From Candidatus Nomurabacteria bacterium GW2011_GWD2_36_14 (GTDB lineage: Bacteria; Patescibacteriota; Minisyncoccia; Phycocordibacterales; UBA9973): a stretch of 64,000 nt of DNA. The stretch is from NCBI GenBank assembly GCA_000991405.1, contig LBRL01000001.1, positions 3,744 through 67,743 on the forward strand. Direction: 5' to 3'. Position numbers and translations under genes: made by a program. A model generated the notes under the pieces. That model did not search any database, had not been told where the DNA came from, and saw only the letters and a program-made list of their open reading frames with translations. Positions within the stretch are counted from its first letter, which is position 1. Each line of letters begins with the position of its first letter. Shown piece by piece: positions 1-9,654 of this stretch.

Positions 1-2
1 CT

Positions 3-173
3 ACAGTAACAACAGAGAATACTTCTACATCAGATAGTAGCACTACTATAGGAGGCACAACAACTACTACACCGTCAGATGTTGTAGCTCCAGATTCAAT
101 TACCAGTGAAGTAGTAACTCCTGCTGTAGAAGCACCAGCTGAAAGTACCTCGGTTGTAAGTAGTACGTTATAA
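3..173 (+). CDS. 3' end of a Ser/Thr/Glu/Pro-rich low-complexity protein (partial, probably a surface protein)
   Basis: Open frame from the window edge (TVTTENTSTSDSSTTIGG...VVSSTL) to TAA at 171-173. Confidence 0.6.
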   Translation, partial: TVTTENTSTSDSSTTIGGTTTTTPSDVVAPDSITSEVVTPAVEAPAESTSVVSSTL

Positions 174-180
174 GATAAAA

Positions 181-1209
181 ATGATACATTCTTTTCATCA
201 GAAAAATAAAACGAAAAACAATAGATTACATTATTTTTTTTATGTAGCGATTTTTTTTGTTGTTGTATTCTTACCTATTTCGTATCTTTACGCGGCCCTT
301 TCTTGCTCGATTACTACTTCAGTGGCTTGTGGTTCTGATACGGTAATACTTCGAATGTCGGGAAGTACGAATGCTCATGCCGAGCTTCCAAGTCAGTCCA
401 CGGGGGCTTATGATAGTAACGTTGTTTGTTGTACTGGAGTGACAGGATTAGACAATTCTTGTGCCTCCAGCAACAAGGCAATTATTGCTCGACTCTCAGG
501 AGTGACCAATGCACATGTCGAGAAGAATACTGAAGCCAATGCCAACTACACACAGAATGCTTGTATGTCTAGTGCTTATGCTGGAGATGAAATAACTATT
601 GGATACCAAGCGACAAATTGTACAGGGTACGACACTACACTTTTTTCTATGGAGAAGACCCCAACCAATTCTATGGTTGGAAGTCCCGCTACTTATACCA
701 ACAAAGTTTGCGCCAAGGTTTATTCGCAATCAATTTCTTTTAATTTATCTTCATCCTCAGCTGGTTTTGGTAACTTAAATTCTTCTGGTTTACGCTATGC
801 GACTGCTGATGGGGTAGGAAGCTCGACAGAAGCTGAGTCTTATTCTTTGAGTGCCAGTACTAATGCTCCATCGGGTTATGTTCTTATGGTTAAAGGGTCC
901 GCTCCCTCCAAAGGGGCTATTGTTATTGATCCTATAGGTGGTACACCTACAACTCCCACACCAGGCTCGAAAGCTTTTGGTATTAGAGCTGTTGCGACGG
1001 GAGGGGCTGGTACTGTTGTTTCTCCTTATAACGGGTCAGGTTTTGCTTATGATGCCAGTGACACTAGCTTTACAACACTAGCTCAAGCTTCATCGGGGGA
1101 TGGGAATAGTACTTCTTATTCTGTCCGTTCAGTTGCCACTATAGATTCACTTTTAGATCCGGGTATTTATTCTACAAATTTGACATACATTGTTGTTGCC
1201 AACTTTTAA
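181..1209 (+). CDS. Secreted surface protein: three Cys-containing ~45-aa repeats plus a C-terminal WxL-like beta domain
   Basis: N-terminal hydrophobic segment; repeats LRMSGSTNAHAE / ARLSGVTNAHVE / FSMEKTPTNSMV; C-terminus YSTNLTYIVVANF is paralogous to the next two ORFs. Confidence 0.7.
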   Translation: MIHSFHQKNKTKNNRLHYFFYVAIFFVVVFLPISYLYAALSCSITTSVACGSDTVILRMSGSTNAHAELPSQSTGAYDSNVVCCTGVTGLDNSCASSNKAIIARLSGVTNAHVEKNTEANANYTQNACMSSAYAGDEITIGYQATNCTGYDTTLFSMEKTPTNSMVGSPATYTNKVCAKVYSQSISFNLSSSSAGFGNLNSSGLRYATADGVGSSTEAESYSLSASTNAPSGYVLMVKGSAPSKGAIVIDPIGGTPTTPTPGSKAFGIRAVATGGAGTVVSPYNGSGFAYDASDTSFTTLAQASSGDGNSTSYSVRSVATIDSLLDPGIYSTNLTYIVVANF

Positions 1210-1308
1210 GCAAAACAGTGTATAACTTTTTGCTATATATGGTTATATTGTTGTATAATAGACATGTAACATAATTTATCTTTTATTATAACTGTCAATT
1301 ATTTTTTT

Positions 1309-2364
1309 ATGATTAAGAAACTCACGAGTTCCGTTTTAATTCTCGGGATTATAATAATAAATTTTAGTTTTATAACACCACCCATTGCGATGGCGGCCAG
1401 TTTAACCTCTCTATCAGACACCGTATCCAATTTGACAGCCAGCACTGTAGCCAACCACGTTATCAGATTCACTACTCCGACCGGTGTTCCTGCAAGTGGA
1501 ACGATTATTCTTACTTTCGATAATGGTACCAATACAGGATCTGTTGATTATACAGATGTGGACATTCAAGATGATGGTGTTGATGTTGCTGTTGCAGCAA
1601 CTCCTGTAACTACAACGTGGGGAGTAGCCAGGACATCATCCACTGTTATTACTCTTACCAATGGTTCTGCTGCTGTTGCAGGCGGAAGTGTCATTACTAT
1701 AGATATAGGTACCAATGCAACTTATGGAGTTACAGGTACCCATCAGATTACCAACGGTACTGCGGGTACGACAGTTCTTCGTGTTAGTGGAAGTTTCGGA
1801 GATACAGGGGCCATGTCTACTGCCATTGTTTCCAATGGTGTTGTTTCTTTGTCAGCTGAAGTTCTAGCTTCTCTTACTTTTACTGTTTCTGATAACACCA
1901 TTTACTTTGGTAACTTGAAATCATCTGGTAGTTCATGTTGGGCACAAGGTACTGATCCTGGATATGTCACTTGTCCTACTGTCGCTGAGGCTGAGGCCTT
2001 CAATATGACCGCTGCCACAAATGCACCAACTGGTTATACTATAAGTGTCCAAGGGCCTACTCTAACCTCAGGTTCCAACACTATTACAGCTCTAGCTTCA
2101 GCCACTGCTCCTTCTATTGGTAGTGAACAATTTGGTATACGAGCCAATGCATCAGGTGGAAGTGGAGCCGTAAATGCAACTTATGGCACAGCAGGACAAT
2201 ATGCTTTCACTGCCAATGCTACGACAGCAGTAGCTGTGGCGACAGCCTCAGCTCCTTCGGCTACGACTACATACTCCGTTCGTTATATCGCCAACATTTC
2301 TCCCACAACAGAAGCAGGTAGTTATACCGCGGCACATACTTACATTGCAACGGGTAACTTTTGA
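1309..2364 (+). CDS. Secreted Thr/Ser/Gly-rich beta protein with a WxL-like C-terminal domain (paralogue 2)
   Basis: Signal peptide ending AMA-A; ends AGSYTAAHTYIATGNF; colinear with 2406-3458. Confidence 0.75.
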   Translation: MIKKLTSSVLILGIIIINFSFITPPIAMAASLTSLSDTVSNLTASTVANHVIRFTTPTGVPASGTIILTFDNGTNTGSVDYTDVDIQDDGVDVAVAATPVTTTWGVARTSSTVITLTNGSAAVAGGSVITIDIGTNATYGVTGTHQITNGTAGTTVLRVSGSFGDTGAMSTAIVSNGVVSLSAEVLASLTFTVSDNTIYFGNLKSSGSSCWAQGTDPGYVTCPTVAEAEAFNMTAATNAPTGYTISVQGPTLTSGSNTITALASATAPSIGSEQFGIRANASGGSGAVNATYGTAGQYAFTANATTAVAVATASAPSATTTYSVRYIANISPTTEAGSYTAAHTYIATGNF

Positions 2365-2405
2365 TTATTATTAGTTAATTATTGTTATTATTAATTTTAT
2401 TTTTT

Positions 2406-3458
2406 ATGATTAAAAAAATTTTGAGTTTTGTGTTAACGGTCGGAATGGTTGTTATAAATTTTGGATTTATAACACCACAGGTGGTTTCTGCTGCTAATTT
2501 GACTTCTATGTCAGACGTAGTGTCAAATCTAACAGCAAGTGCAGTTGCCAACCATACCATAACCTTTACAACACCTACAGGTCTTGCTTCTGGGGCAACT
2601 CTTATCCTTACCTTTGATAACAGTACCAGTATTGATGCTGCATTAACTTATGCAGACGTTGACTTTAGATATGCTTCCACCGATGTTACTTTGGCGGCGG
2701 CTCCATCTGGAGCAACTATGGGAGTAGTTCGTACTTCAGCAACGGTTCTTACATTTACCAATGGAACTACTGTGATTGCTGGAGGTTCAGTAATAGTGAT
2801 TAAGATAGGTACCAATACAACTATAGGTGGTACTGGAACTCACCAAATAACCAACGGTACTGCTGGCACTACACTCCTTCGTGTTAGTGGCACATTTGGA
2901 GATACAGGAGCTATGTCAATGTCAATAATTTCAAATAGTATCGTAGCTGTCTCAGCTGAAGTTCTCTCCAGTCTTTCCTTTACTGTTTCCAGTAATGCTA
3001 TTTACTTTGGTAACTTAAGAACGGCTGGTGCTTGTTTTGCTCAAAATACAAATCCAGGCTATGTAACTTGTCCGACTACAACAGAAACTGAAGCTTTCAA
3101 TATGACAGCTGGAACAAATGCTACAGCTGGTTATACTATAAGTGTCCAAGGTGACACTCTGACCTCAGGAGCCAATACTATTACAGCCCTAGCTTCAAAC
3201 ACGGCTTCTTCTCCTGGTAGTGAACAATTTGGATTGAGAGCAACAGCTACAGGTGGAGGAGGTGCAGTTCAGGCTCCATATGCAGCCGCTGGTTATGCTT
3301 ATACAGGCACAACATCAACTCCAGCCACAGTGGCTACTGCTTCAGCTCCATCCGCTACGACTACATATTCCGTTCGTTATTTAGCCAACATTTCAGCTGT
3401 AACAGAAGCAGGAAGTTATTCTACCTCTCATACTTATGTAGCAACAGGTAACTTCTAA
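2406..3458 (+). CDS. Secreted Thr/Ser/Gly-rich beta protein with a WxL-like C-terminal domain (paralogue 3)
   Basis: ATG at 2406 matches the paralogue start context (ttttttATGATTAA); ends AGSYSTSHTYVATGNF. Confidence 0.75.
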   Translation: MIKKILSFVLTVGMVVINFGFITPQVVSAANLTSMSDVVSNLTASAVANHTITFTTPTGLASGATLILTFDNSTSIDAALTYADVDFRYASTDVTLAAAPSGATMGVVRTSATVLTFTNGTTVIAGGSVIVIKIGTNTTIGGTGTHQITNGTAGTTLLRVSGTFGDTGAMSMSIISNSIVAVSAEVLSSLSFTVSSNAIYFGNLRTAGACFAQNTNPGYVTCPTTTETEAFNMTAGTNATAGYTISVQGDTLTSGANTITALASNTASSPGSEQFGLRATATGGGGAVQAPYAAAGYAYTGTTSTPATVATASAPSATTTYSVRYLANISAVTEAGSYSTSHTYVATGNF

Positions 3459-3483
3459 TTATTATATATTTCTTGGTAATTAA

Positions 3484-4509
3484 ATGAAAATTAAAAAAAC
3501 AAAATTCAGTTTAATATTTATCGCGGTAATCATCATATCTTTTGTTTATTGCAATAATAGTGCTCAAGCTTTGACTATTTCACCAGCACGTATAGAAGTG
3601 AGTGGAGACCCTGGGACAGTTATCAGTAAAGAGATCACTTTATTGAACGATAGTAAGGCAGGAGAAGAAACTTACTATGTTTCTTATTCCAACTTTGAAG
3701 CTCAAGGCGAGACAGGAAGTCCTTTATTTGTAGAACCTAAGGGCGATCTTGGTACATGGATGAACGCAGGTCAGTCAGTAACTCTTAGGGCCAATGAATC
3801 CAAAAAGATTCTCCTAACTATAACAATACCTCAGGATGCATATTCTGGTGGACACTTTGCTGTTGTTTTCTTTGGCAACAATCCCGACAACGGTGGACAA
3901 GTTTCAGTTGGGGCAAAGACGGGAACCCTCGTTCTTTTAACTGTCAACGGTGATGTTTTAGAAGCCGGAGGTCTTTCCTCTTTTAATACCAAGAATCATA
4001 AATTGTTTTACAATACCTTACCTGTTTCCTTGGAGTATCGATGGAAGAATGATGGAAACGATCGTGTAAAGCCGGATGGGAAAGTTACTATTAGAAATAT
4101 ATTCTATATTCCAGTAGCTCATATAGACGCGAATGCTGTCTCAGGTAATATCTTGCCTCATAGTACTCGTCTTTTTAATGTTGAATGGTTGAAATATAAA
4201 TCTCCTAAAGACGAAGTTGTCAGTCGTTCGTTTCTTGGTTCATTTTTTGAGCGCGTAGATTATCAATGGAAGAACTTTGCTGTCGGACCTTATCTTGCGC
4301 ATCTAGATCTTAATTATGGCAAAGACAATCTTCACAGTAGTAAAACCTTATTATTTTTTGTCTTTCCTTGGCAATTGTTGATTATTATTTTGGTGGTTCT
4401 AATTATTGTATTTTATATTGGAAGGAAACTATTGAAATCATACAATCAACGTATTATCGAGAAAGCTCGCTTGGATATCAATACTCCCAAGCAAGCTAAT
4501 CATGCTTAG
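3484..4509 (+). CDS. WxL-interacting (DUF916/DUF3324-like) membrane-anchored protein
   Basis: Signal peptide, ALTISPARIEVSGDPG chaperone-like Ig domain, NDGNDRVKPDG second domain, C-terminal TM helix; follows the WxL-like genes. Confidence 0.6.
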   Translation: MKIKKTKFSLIFIAVIIISFVYCNNSAQALTISPARIEVSGDPGTVISKEITLLNDSKAGEETYYVSYSNFEAQGETGSPLFVEPKGDLGTWMNAGQSVTLRANESKKILLTITIPQDAYSGGHFAVVFFGNNPDNGGQVSVGAKTGTLVLLTVNGDVLEAGGLSSFNTKNHKLFYNTLPVSLEYRWKNDGNDRVKPDGKVTIRNIFYIPVAHIDANAVSGNILPHSTRLFNVEWLKYKSPKDEVVSRSFLGSFFERVDYQWKNFAVGPYLAHLDLNYGKDNLHSSKTLLFFVFPWQLLIIILVVLIIVFYIGRKLLKSYNQRIIEKARLDINTPKQANHA

Positions 4510-5302
4510 AATTCTATTAAAAAATATTCTCATATGTTTTTCATTATTTGTGTTTTTGATTCCACAAGTACTTTTTGCTGATGGGTCAGCAACTGTCACT
4601 ATCTCAGCTATGGTTGGAGTATCTGCTCCAGTATCTCCAGATGAAGGTGGTGGAAGCGGAAGTGGCGTGGGTGGCGTATTGGTAACCATACCAGATAGCC
4701 CAACGGTTATAAATTTTTCTGGTTTTGCGTACCTTTTCTCCAGTGTTTATATTTTAATAGATGGCCAAGCTATCATGGCAACAACCCCCGATAAAACGGC
4801 TCATTTTTCAGCATCAATTTCAGGACTACAAGCTGGGACTTACAATTTCTCCATTTATGGAGAGGATGATAATGGGAAGAAATCTTCTGTTTTATCATTT
4901 CCGATAATTGTGACCAAGTCTAATATTATCAATATTAGTAACATATTTTTATCTAGAACTCTTGATTTAGATAATAATGAAATTAAAACGGATACTAATC
5001 TAGTAGATATCCTTCCCAAGAATGATTCTCTAAAGACAAAACCTCCTCTGGAAGGGAAAACAACGGAAGACCAAGCCCTCGACCCTCTTTTAAATAGAGA
5101 CACAACTATACCTAACAATGGAGTTAATTATTACGTATCAAGGGTGGATTTCAATAGCGATAATCATATTGATTTAAAGGACTTCTCTGTGCTTGTTAGT
5201 TGGTATACGAAACCAAAACCTCCAAGGGGTATTGATCTAAATGATGACGGCAAGATTACCTTAGCAGACTTTAGTATTATGGCATCTCATTGGACTGATT
5301 AA
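4502..5302 (+). CDS. Secreted protein with a C-terminal dockerin type I-like domain
   Basis: Two EF-hand-like repeats, DFNSDNHIDLKDF and DLNDDGKITLADF. Confidence 0.75.
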   Translation: MLRILLKNILICFSLFVFLIPQVLFADGSATVTISAMVGVSAPVSPDEGGGSGSGVGGVLVTIPDSPTVINFSGFAYLFSSVYILIDGQAIMATTPDKTAHFSASISGLQAGTYNFSIYGEDDNGKKSSVLSFPIIVTKSNIINISNIFLSRTLDLDNNEIKTDTNLVDILPKNDSLKTKPPLEGKTTEDQALDPLLNRDTTIPNNGVNYYVSRVDFNSDNHIDLKDFSVLVSWYTKPKPPRGIDLNDDGKITLADFSIMASHWTD

Positions 5303-5308
5303 ATATTT

Positions 5309-6199
5309 ATGAGAAAAATTATAATATTTACAATCTTTTTTATCTTAAATTTATTTATAACAAATAAGATATTTGCTGCCACTTTGACATTAGTTTCTTC
5401 AAAGGAATCTCTTGGTGTTGGTGAACAATTTTACATGGATCTCATGTTAGACCCAGAAGGAAAATCATTAAATGCCATAGAGGGAAATATTTCATTCTCG
5501 AGCGATTATGTTTCTTTCGTTCGAGCTGAGGAAGGTAAATCCATTGTCAGTCTGTGGGTAGAGAAACCAAAACTAAATAATATTAACGATAATTCTATTA
5601 ATTTCTCTGGGATTATACCCAATGGATTTAGTGGTGTTATTGATCCATTTAATCCTAAATATAAATTATCAGTCTTAGTACTTCGTTTTGTTTTTGAAGC
5701 TAAAAAGCCAGGAATAGCCAACTTTTCTTCCTTGCCTTTTTCTTTATATCTAAACGATGGATTAGGTACCGAGATAAAAGCGCTCCCCGTTAATATGTCA
5801 CTCAATATTGATAATTTTGTTTTTCATTACACATATGAGAATAAGAATGAAAGCATTCCAACCTTAGAAGCACATGTCGTACGTACTCCAAATATTTTTA
5901 ACAACAAGTATACTATCATTTTTGATGCTAGAGATAAGGAAGTAGGAATAAAAAGTGTATTTATAAAAGAAGGTAACAGCGAATGGAAAGAAATAGAAAG
6001 TCCATATAAACTTGAAGATCAATCTCGTCATAGTGACATCACCTTACAAGCTATCAACTTTTCTGAAGCTAGTATTATTATGAAGATTGATAAAGTACCA
6101 TATAGTATAAAGTTTTATATTCAAATAATTATTATTATTCTTATTGTTACTATTTCTTCTATTATTTTAATTCGAAAGAGATATCTTAAAGATAAATAA
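5309..6199 (+). CDS. Cohesin-domain membrane-anchored protein
   Basis: Signal peptide; ATLTLVSSKESLGVGEQFYMDLMLD...LNAIEGNISF cohesin-like pattern; C-terminal TM helix. Confidence 0.65.
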   Translation: MRKIIIFTIFFILNLFITNKIFAATLTLVSSKESLGVGEQFYMDLMLDPEGKSLNAIEGNISFSSDYVSFVRAEEGKSIVSLWVEKPKLNNINDNSINFSGIIPNGFSGVIDPFNPKYKLSVLVLRFVFEAKKPGIANFSSLPFSLYLNDGLGTEIKALPVNMSLNIDNFVFHYTYENKNESIPTLEAHVVRTPNIFNNKYTIIFDARDKEVGIKSVFIKEGNSEWKEIESPYKLEDQSRHSDITLQAINFSEASIIMKIDKVPYSIKFYIQIIIIILIVTISSIILIRKRYLKDK

Positions 6200-6314
6200 A
6201 GTCTTTGTTTATAAGGATAAAATCATCATTTTAGTACTAGCTTTTAAGGTGATTTTTTGCTATAATATACACGTAAGTTATCCATTTTAGTGGATATTTT
6301 AAATTTATATTTAC

Positions 6315-8444
6315 ATGAAAAAAGAAGAAAAAAAGGTTAAAAAAGAGGGAAGTTATGGAGCAGATCAGATATCGGTTTTGGAGGGTCTAGAGCCTGTCAG
6401 ACGCCGTCCGGGTATGTATATCGGATCTACTGGCGTAGATGGTCTTCATCATTTGGTATGGGAAATTTTCGACAACTCACGCGACGAAGCGATGGGAGGA
6501 TTTTGTGACCATATTGAAGTTACAATGCTTCCCGACAATTCTGTCCGAGTCGTGGACAACGGCCGAGGTATTCCAGTAGATATTCATTCCAAGACGAAAG
6601 TTTCAGCCTTAGAAACTGTTATGACGACTCTTCATGCCGGAGGCAAATTCGGAGGTGATGATAGTGGCTACAAAGTTTCAGGCGGTCTTCACGGAGTAGG
6701 TGCTTCTGTTGTGAACGCACTTTCTATTTACACTAAGGCCGAAGTTCACAAAGATGGAGGCAAATATGTCCAAGAATATTCGAAAGGGTTAAAGAAAGCT
6801 TCTGTCAAGAAAGTTGGAAGTACAAAGAATCATGGTACCATTATTGCTTTTCAACCAGATGAAGAAATTTTCAAACAAGTTAAGTTTGACTGGGATACAG
6901 TAGTTGCTCATCTACGTCAGCAAGCTTACTTGGTGAAGGGCTTACGTATAGATATTATAGATGCACGAGAGTGGGACCCTATAACAGGAGGCAAGGGTAA
7001 GAGTAACGACTACGAGAATGCTTTCTGGTTTAGAGAGTTAGAGCTCGAAGTCCCTTCCACCACTTTTTATTTTGAAGGAGGACTTGTGTCCCTTGTGAAG
7101 TTTTACAACAAAGTCGAGAAGCCAATTCACTCGACTGTATTTTATGTCGAGAAAGAAGCTGATGGTGTAGGAGTAGAAGTTGCATTGCAGTATGTAGATA
7201 ATTTTAGTTCAACCATTATCCCTTTTGCGAACAATATTCACAATCCTGAGGGAGGTACACATGTTACAGGATTCAAGACTGCCTTAACCCGCGTTATCAA
7301 TACCTATGGCAAGAAGAATAATCTTATCAAAGAAGCCGATGGTGGATTCACTGGGGACGATGTCTTAGAAGGTCTTATGGCTGTTGTATCTGTGAAGCTT
7401 CGAGAAATCCAATTCGAAGGTCAGACGAAAGCCAAGCTTGGCTCGACAGAGGCTCAAGGTGCTGTAGCTACAGTCTTTGGTGAAGCTTTTGCATCATTCT
7501 TAGAAGAGAACCCAGATGAAGCAAAATCTATGATTAGTAAGTCTTTGCTTGCTTTGCGTGCTCGTAAGGCCGCTAAAGCAGCCAAGGATTCAATATTGAG
7601 AAAGGGTGCTCTTGAAGGCATGACTCTTCCGGGCAAGCTAGCCGATTGTCAGGTCAAAGATGCTGAAAGTGGAGAACTCTTCATTGTGGAGGGAGATTCC
7701 GCTGGTGGTACAGCCAAGATGGGACGAGATAGAAAGACTCAAGCTATCCTTCCTCTAAGAGGTAAAATTTTAAATGTTGAACGTGCTCGATTGGATAGAA
7801 TGCTCGGAAGTGAACAGATTAAGAATCTAGTTATAGCTATGGGGACATCCATTGGGGATACTTTTGATTTAGAAAAAATGCGTTATCACAAGATAATCCT
7901 TGCAACCGATGCCGACGTGGACGGAGCTCACATTCGTACACTTATACTTACTCTCATGTATCGTTACTTCCGTCCAGTCTTAGATGCTGGGTATGTCTAT
8001 ATTGCTCAGCCACCACTATTCAAGATCAAGATTGGTAAAGAAATTTCATATGCATATACCGATGAAGAACGCGATAAGATTCTCGGCAAAGATGCTCCTT
8101 CTTTAGAAGATTTATTAACTGAATCAGCCAACGAAGAGGGAAGTGAAGAAGTTGAAGAAGAAGAGGAAGTCGCCTCGAGGGCGGCAGTCCGAGAAGGCGG
8201 GAAGGAAGACGTTAAAAAACAGTCTAGTAAGATTCACATTCAGCGATATAAAGGTCTCGGAGAAATGAATTCCGATGAACTCTGGGAAACGACCATGGAC
8301 CCTGCTCGTCGAATTCTCAAGCAAGTCTCTGTAGTAGATGCCGAAGATGCCAACAAGGTCTTCGATATGCTCATGGGCTCTGAAGTTCCTCCTCGCAAAT
8401 CCTTCATCACTTCCCACGCCAAAATGGCCAATCTAGACATATAA
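6315..8444 (+). CDS. gyrB: DNA gyrase subunit B
   Basis: LEGLEPVRRRPGMYIG, GLHGVGASVVNALS, VEGDSAGG, PLRGKILN, TDADVDG, QRYKGLGEM. Confidence 0.97.
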   Translation: MKKEEKKVKKEGSYGADQISVLEGLEPVRRRPGMYIGSTGVDGLHHLVWEIFDNSRDEAMGGFCDHIEVTMLPDNSVRVVDNGRGIPVDIHSKTKVSALETVMTTLHAGGKFGGDDSGYKVSGGLHGVGASVVNALSIYTKAEVHKDGGKYVQEYSKGLKKASVKKVGSTKNHGTIIAFQPDEEIFKQVKFDWDTVVAHLRQQAYLVKGLRIDIIDAREWDPITGGKGKSNDYENAFWFRELELEVPSTTFYFEGGLVSLVKFYNKVEKPIHSTVFYVEKEADGVGVEVALQYVDNFSSTIIPFANNIHNPEGGTHVTGFKTALTRVINTYGKKNNLIKEADGGFTGDDVLEGLMAVVSVKLREIQFEGQTKAKLGSTEAQGAVATVFGEAFASFLEENPDEAKSMISKSLLALRARKAAKAAKDSILRKGALEGMTLPGKLADCQVKDAESGELFIVEGDSAGGTAKMGRDRKTQAILPLRGKILNVERARLDRMLGSEQIKNLVIAMGTSIGDTFDLEKMRYHKIILATDADVDGAHIRTLILTLMYRYFRPVLDAGYVYIAQPPLFKIKIGKEISYAYTDEERDKILGKDAPSLEDLLTESANEEGSEEVEEEEEVASRAAVREGGKEDVKKQSSKIHIQRYKGLGEMNSDELWETTMDPARRILKQVSVVDAEDANKVFDMLMGSEVPPRKSFITSHAKMANLDI

Positions 8445-8454
8445 AAAGTAGTAG

Positions 8455-8486
8455 AAAGTTGTAAAGTTGTAAAGTTTATAAAGTAG
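8455..8486. repeat. Short tandem 8-9-mer repeat (AAAGTTGT/AAAGTTTAT)
   Basis: aaagttgt aaagttgt aaagtttat aaagtag. Confidence 0.6.
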
Positions 8487-8510
8487 AAAATATAAATTTT
8501 AATTTATAAA

Positions 8511-8948
8511 ATGATTTATAATGAACAGCCAAATAATTTTATCCCAGACATAGAAGTCGTTGGTTGTTTAGTTGAGTGTGATGGCAAGATACTTTTACTT
8601 CATCGACATGAGTACAAGTCAGAAGGCGGTAAGTGGGGTATTCCAGCTGGCAAAATAGACAAAGAAGATACAAGCAAAGAATCTGCTTTAACAAGAGAAA
8701 TATTTGAAGAAACAGGATTAAGAATAAAAGAAGAAGATCTTAATTTTCACAGGACTTTCTTTGTAGAATATCCTAATAAAAAATATTTTTATCATTACCA
8801 TAAAACAACACTTAGAGGAGAGGCAGAAATTACTATTGAGAAGAATGAACATCAAGACTTTATTTGGGTCACCCCACAAGAAGCCTTAACCATGCCCCTT
8901 ATTACCCACGAAGACCACTGTTTAAAAGATTATTTTAGAATTAAGTAA
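8511..8948 (+). CDS. NUDIX hydrolase
   Basis: WGIPAGKIDKEDTSKESALTREIFEETGL Nudix box. Confidence 0.9.
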   Translation: MIYNEQPNNFIPDIEVVGCLVECDGKILLLHRHEYKSEGGKWGIPAGKIDKEDTSKESALTREIFEETGLRIKEEDLNFHRTFFVEYPNKKYFYHYHKTTLRGEAEITIEKNEHQDFIWVTPQEALTMPLITHEDHCLKDYFRIK

Positions 8949-8951
8949 AAA

Positions 8952-8985
8952 TTACAATTAAGAAACGGCCGTTTCTTAATTGTAA
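8952..8985. repeat. Perfect 34-bp palindrome, left flank of the PaaX/Cas2-like gene
   Basis: TTACAATTAAGAAACGG|CCGTTTCTTAATTGTAA. Confidence 0.95.
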
Positions 8986-9014
8986 AATGATAATATTAGG
9001 GTTATAATATTATC

Positions 9015-9560
9015 ATGAAATATAAAGGTTATAGAGTAGGTTCAGTTGAAAGAGAATTATTGAAAGTAATTCTTAGTGTTAAAGATAGGGAATTATCTAA
9101 TAAATACGATGAATCTTTTTCTGATATTTTTAAAACTGCTCGTCAGAAATATCAATATTCTGAGACAGTAAATAGAATGGAGAAAAAAGGTCTAATTCAA
9201 TTTGTTAATAAATATGGTGAATTAAAGATCACCATAAGCCCAAAAGGGCACAAAATAATAAAAAGTCTTATGTTGTCTGATTATAAGCAGATTAAAAAGC
9301 CTGTAAAATGGGACGGTAAATGGAGGATGGTTATGTTTGATATTCCTGAAGATAAGACTAAGTTACGTAATATAATTAGATTTCATTTAAAAAAGATTGG
9401 TTTCCTTCAGGTTCAGGGGAGTGTTTGGGTATATCCTTATCCATGCGAAGAAATTGTAACGATTATAAAAACTAACTTCAATTTTGATGATGAAATTATT
9501 TATGTAACTATTAATTCATTTGATAAAGATTTAAAATTTAAAAAATTATTCAAATTATAG
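9015..9560 (+). CDS. PaaX-like protein (wHTH plus Cas2/VapD-like ferredoxin-fold domain), CPR-type
   Basis: VNRMEKKGLI...ITISPKG wHTH; KWDGKWRMVMFDIPE...LKKIGFLQVQGSVWVYPYPC. Confidence 0.8.
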   Translation: MKYKGYRVGSVERELLKVILSVKDRELSNKYDESFSDIFKTARQKYQYSETVNRMEKKGLIQFVNKYGELKITISPKGHKIIKSLMLSDYKQIKKPVKWDGKWRMVMFDIPEDKTKLRNIIRFHLKKIGFLQVQGSVWVYPYPCEEIVTIIKTNFNFDDEIIYVTINSFDKDLKFKKLFKL

Positions 9561-9561
9561 T

Positions 9562-9601
9562 ATTTTACATTTAAGAAACGGCCGTTCGTTAAATGTAAAA
9601 T
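9562..9601. repeat. 40-bp near-perfect palindrome, right flank of the PaaX/Cas2-like gene; homologous to 8952-8985
   Basis: ATTTTACATTTAAGAAACGG|CCGTTCGTTAAATGTAAAAT (2 mismatched pairs). Confidence 0.93.
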
Positions 9602-9611
9602 TTTAGATATT

Positions 9612-9645
9612 AAAAATCCAGAAGTTTTACTTCTGGATTTTTTTT
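9612..9645. terminator. Bidirectional intrinsic terminator
   Basis: aaaaatccagaagt-ttt-acttctggattttt between convergent genes. Confidence 0.8.
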
Positions 9646-9654
9646 ACATCTCAT

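Noticed and set aside
6278-6297. DnaA boxes or oriC upstream of gyrB
   Set aside because: Only mismatched TTATCCA-like half sites forming a short hairpin; there is no box cluster and no dnaA/dnaN.
8952-9601. CRISPR array or CRISPR-Cas locus suggested by the Cas2-like domain and repeat-sized palindromes
   Set aside because: There are only two repeats, separated by a whole gene, with no spacer array and no cas1 or effector genes.
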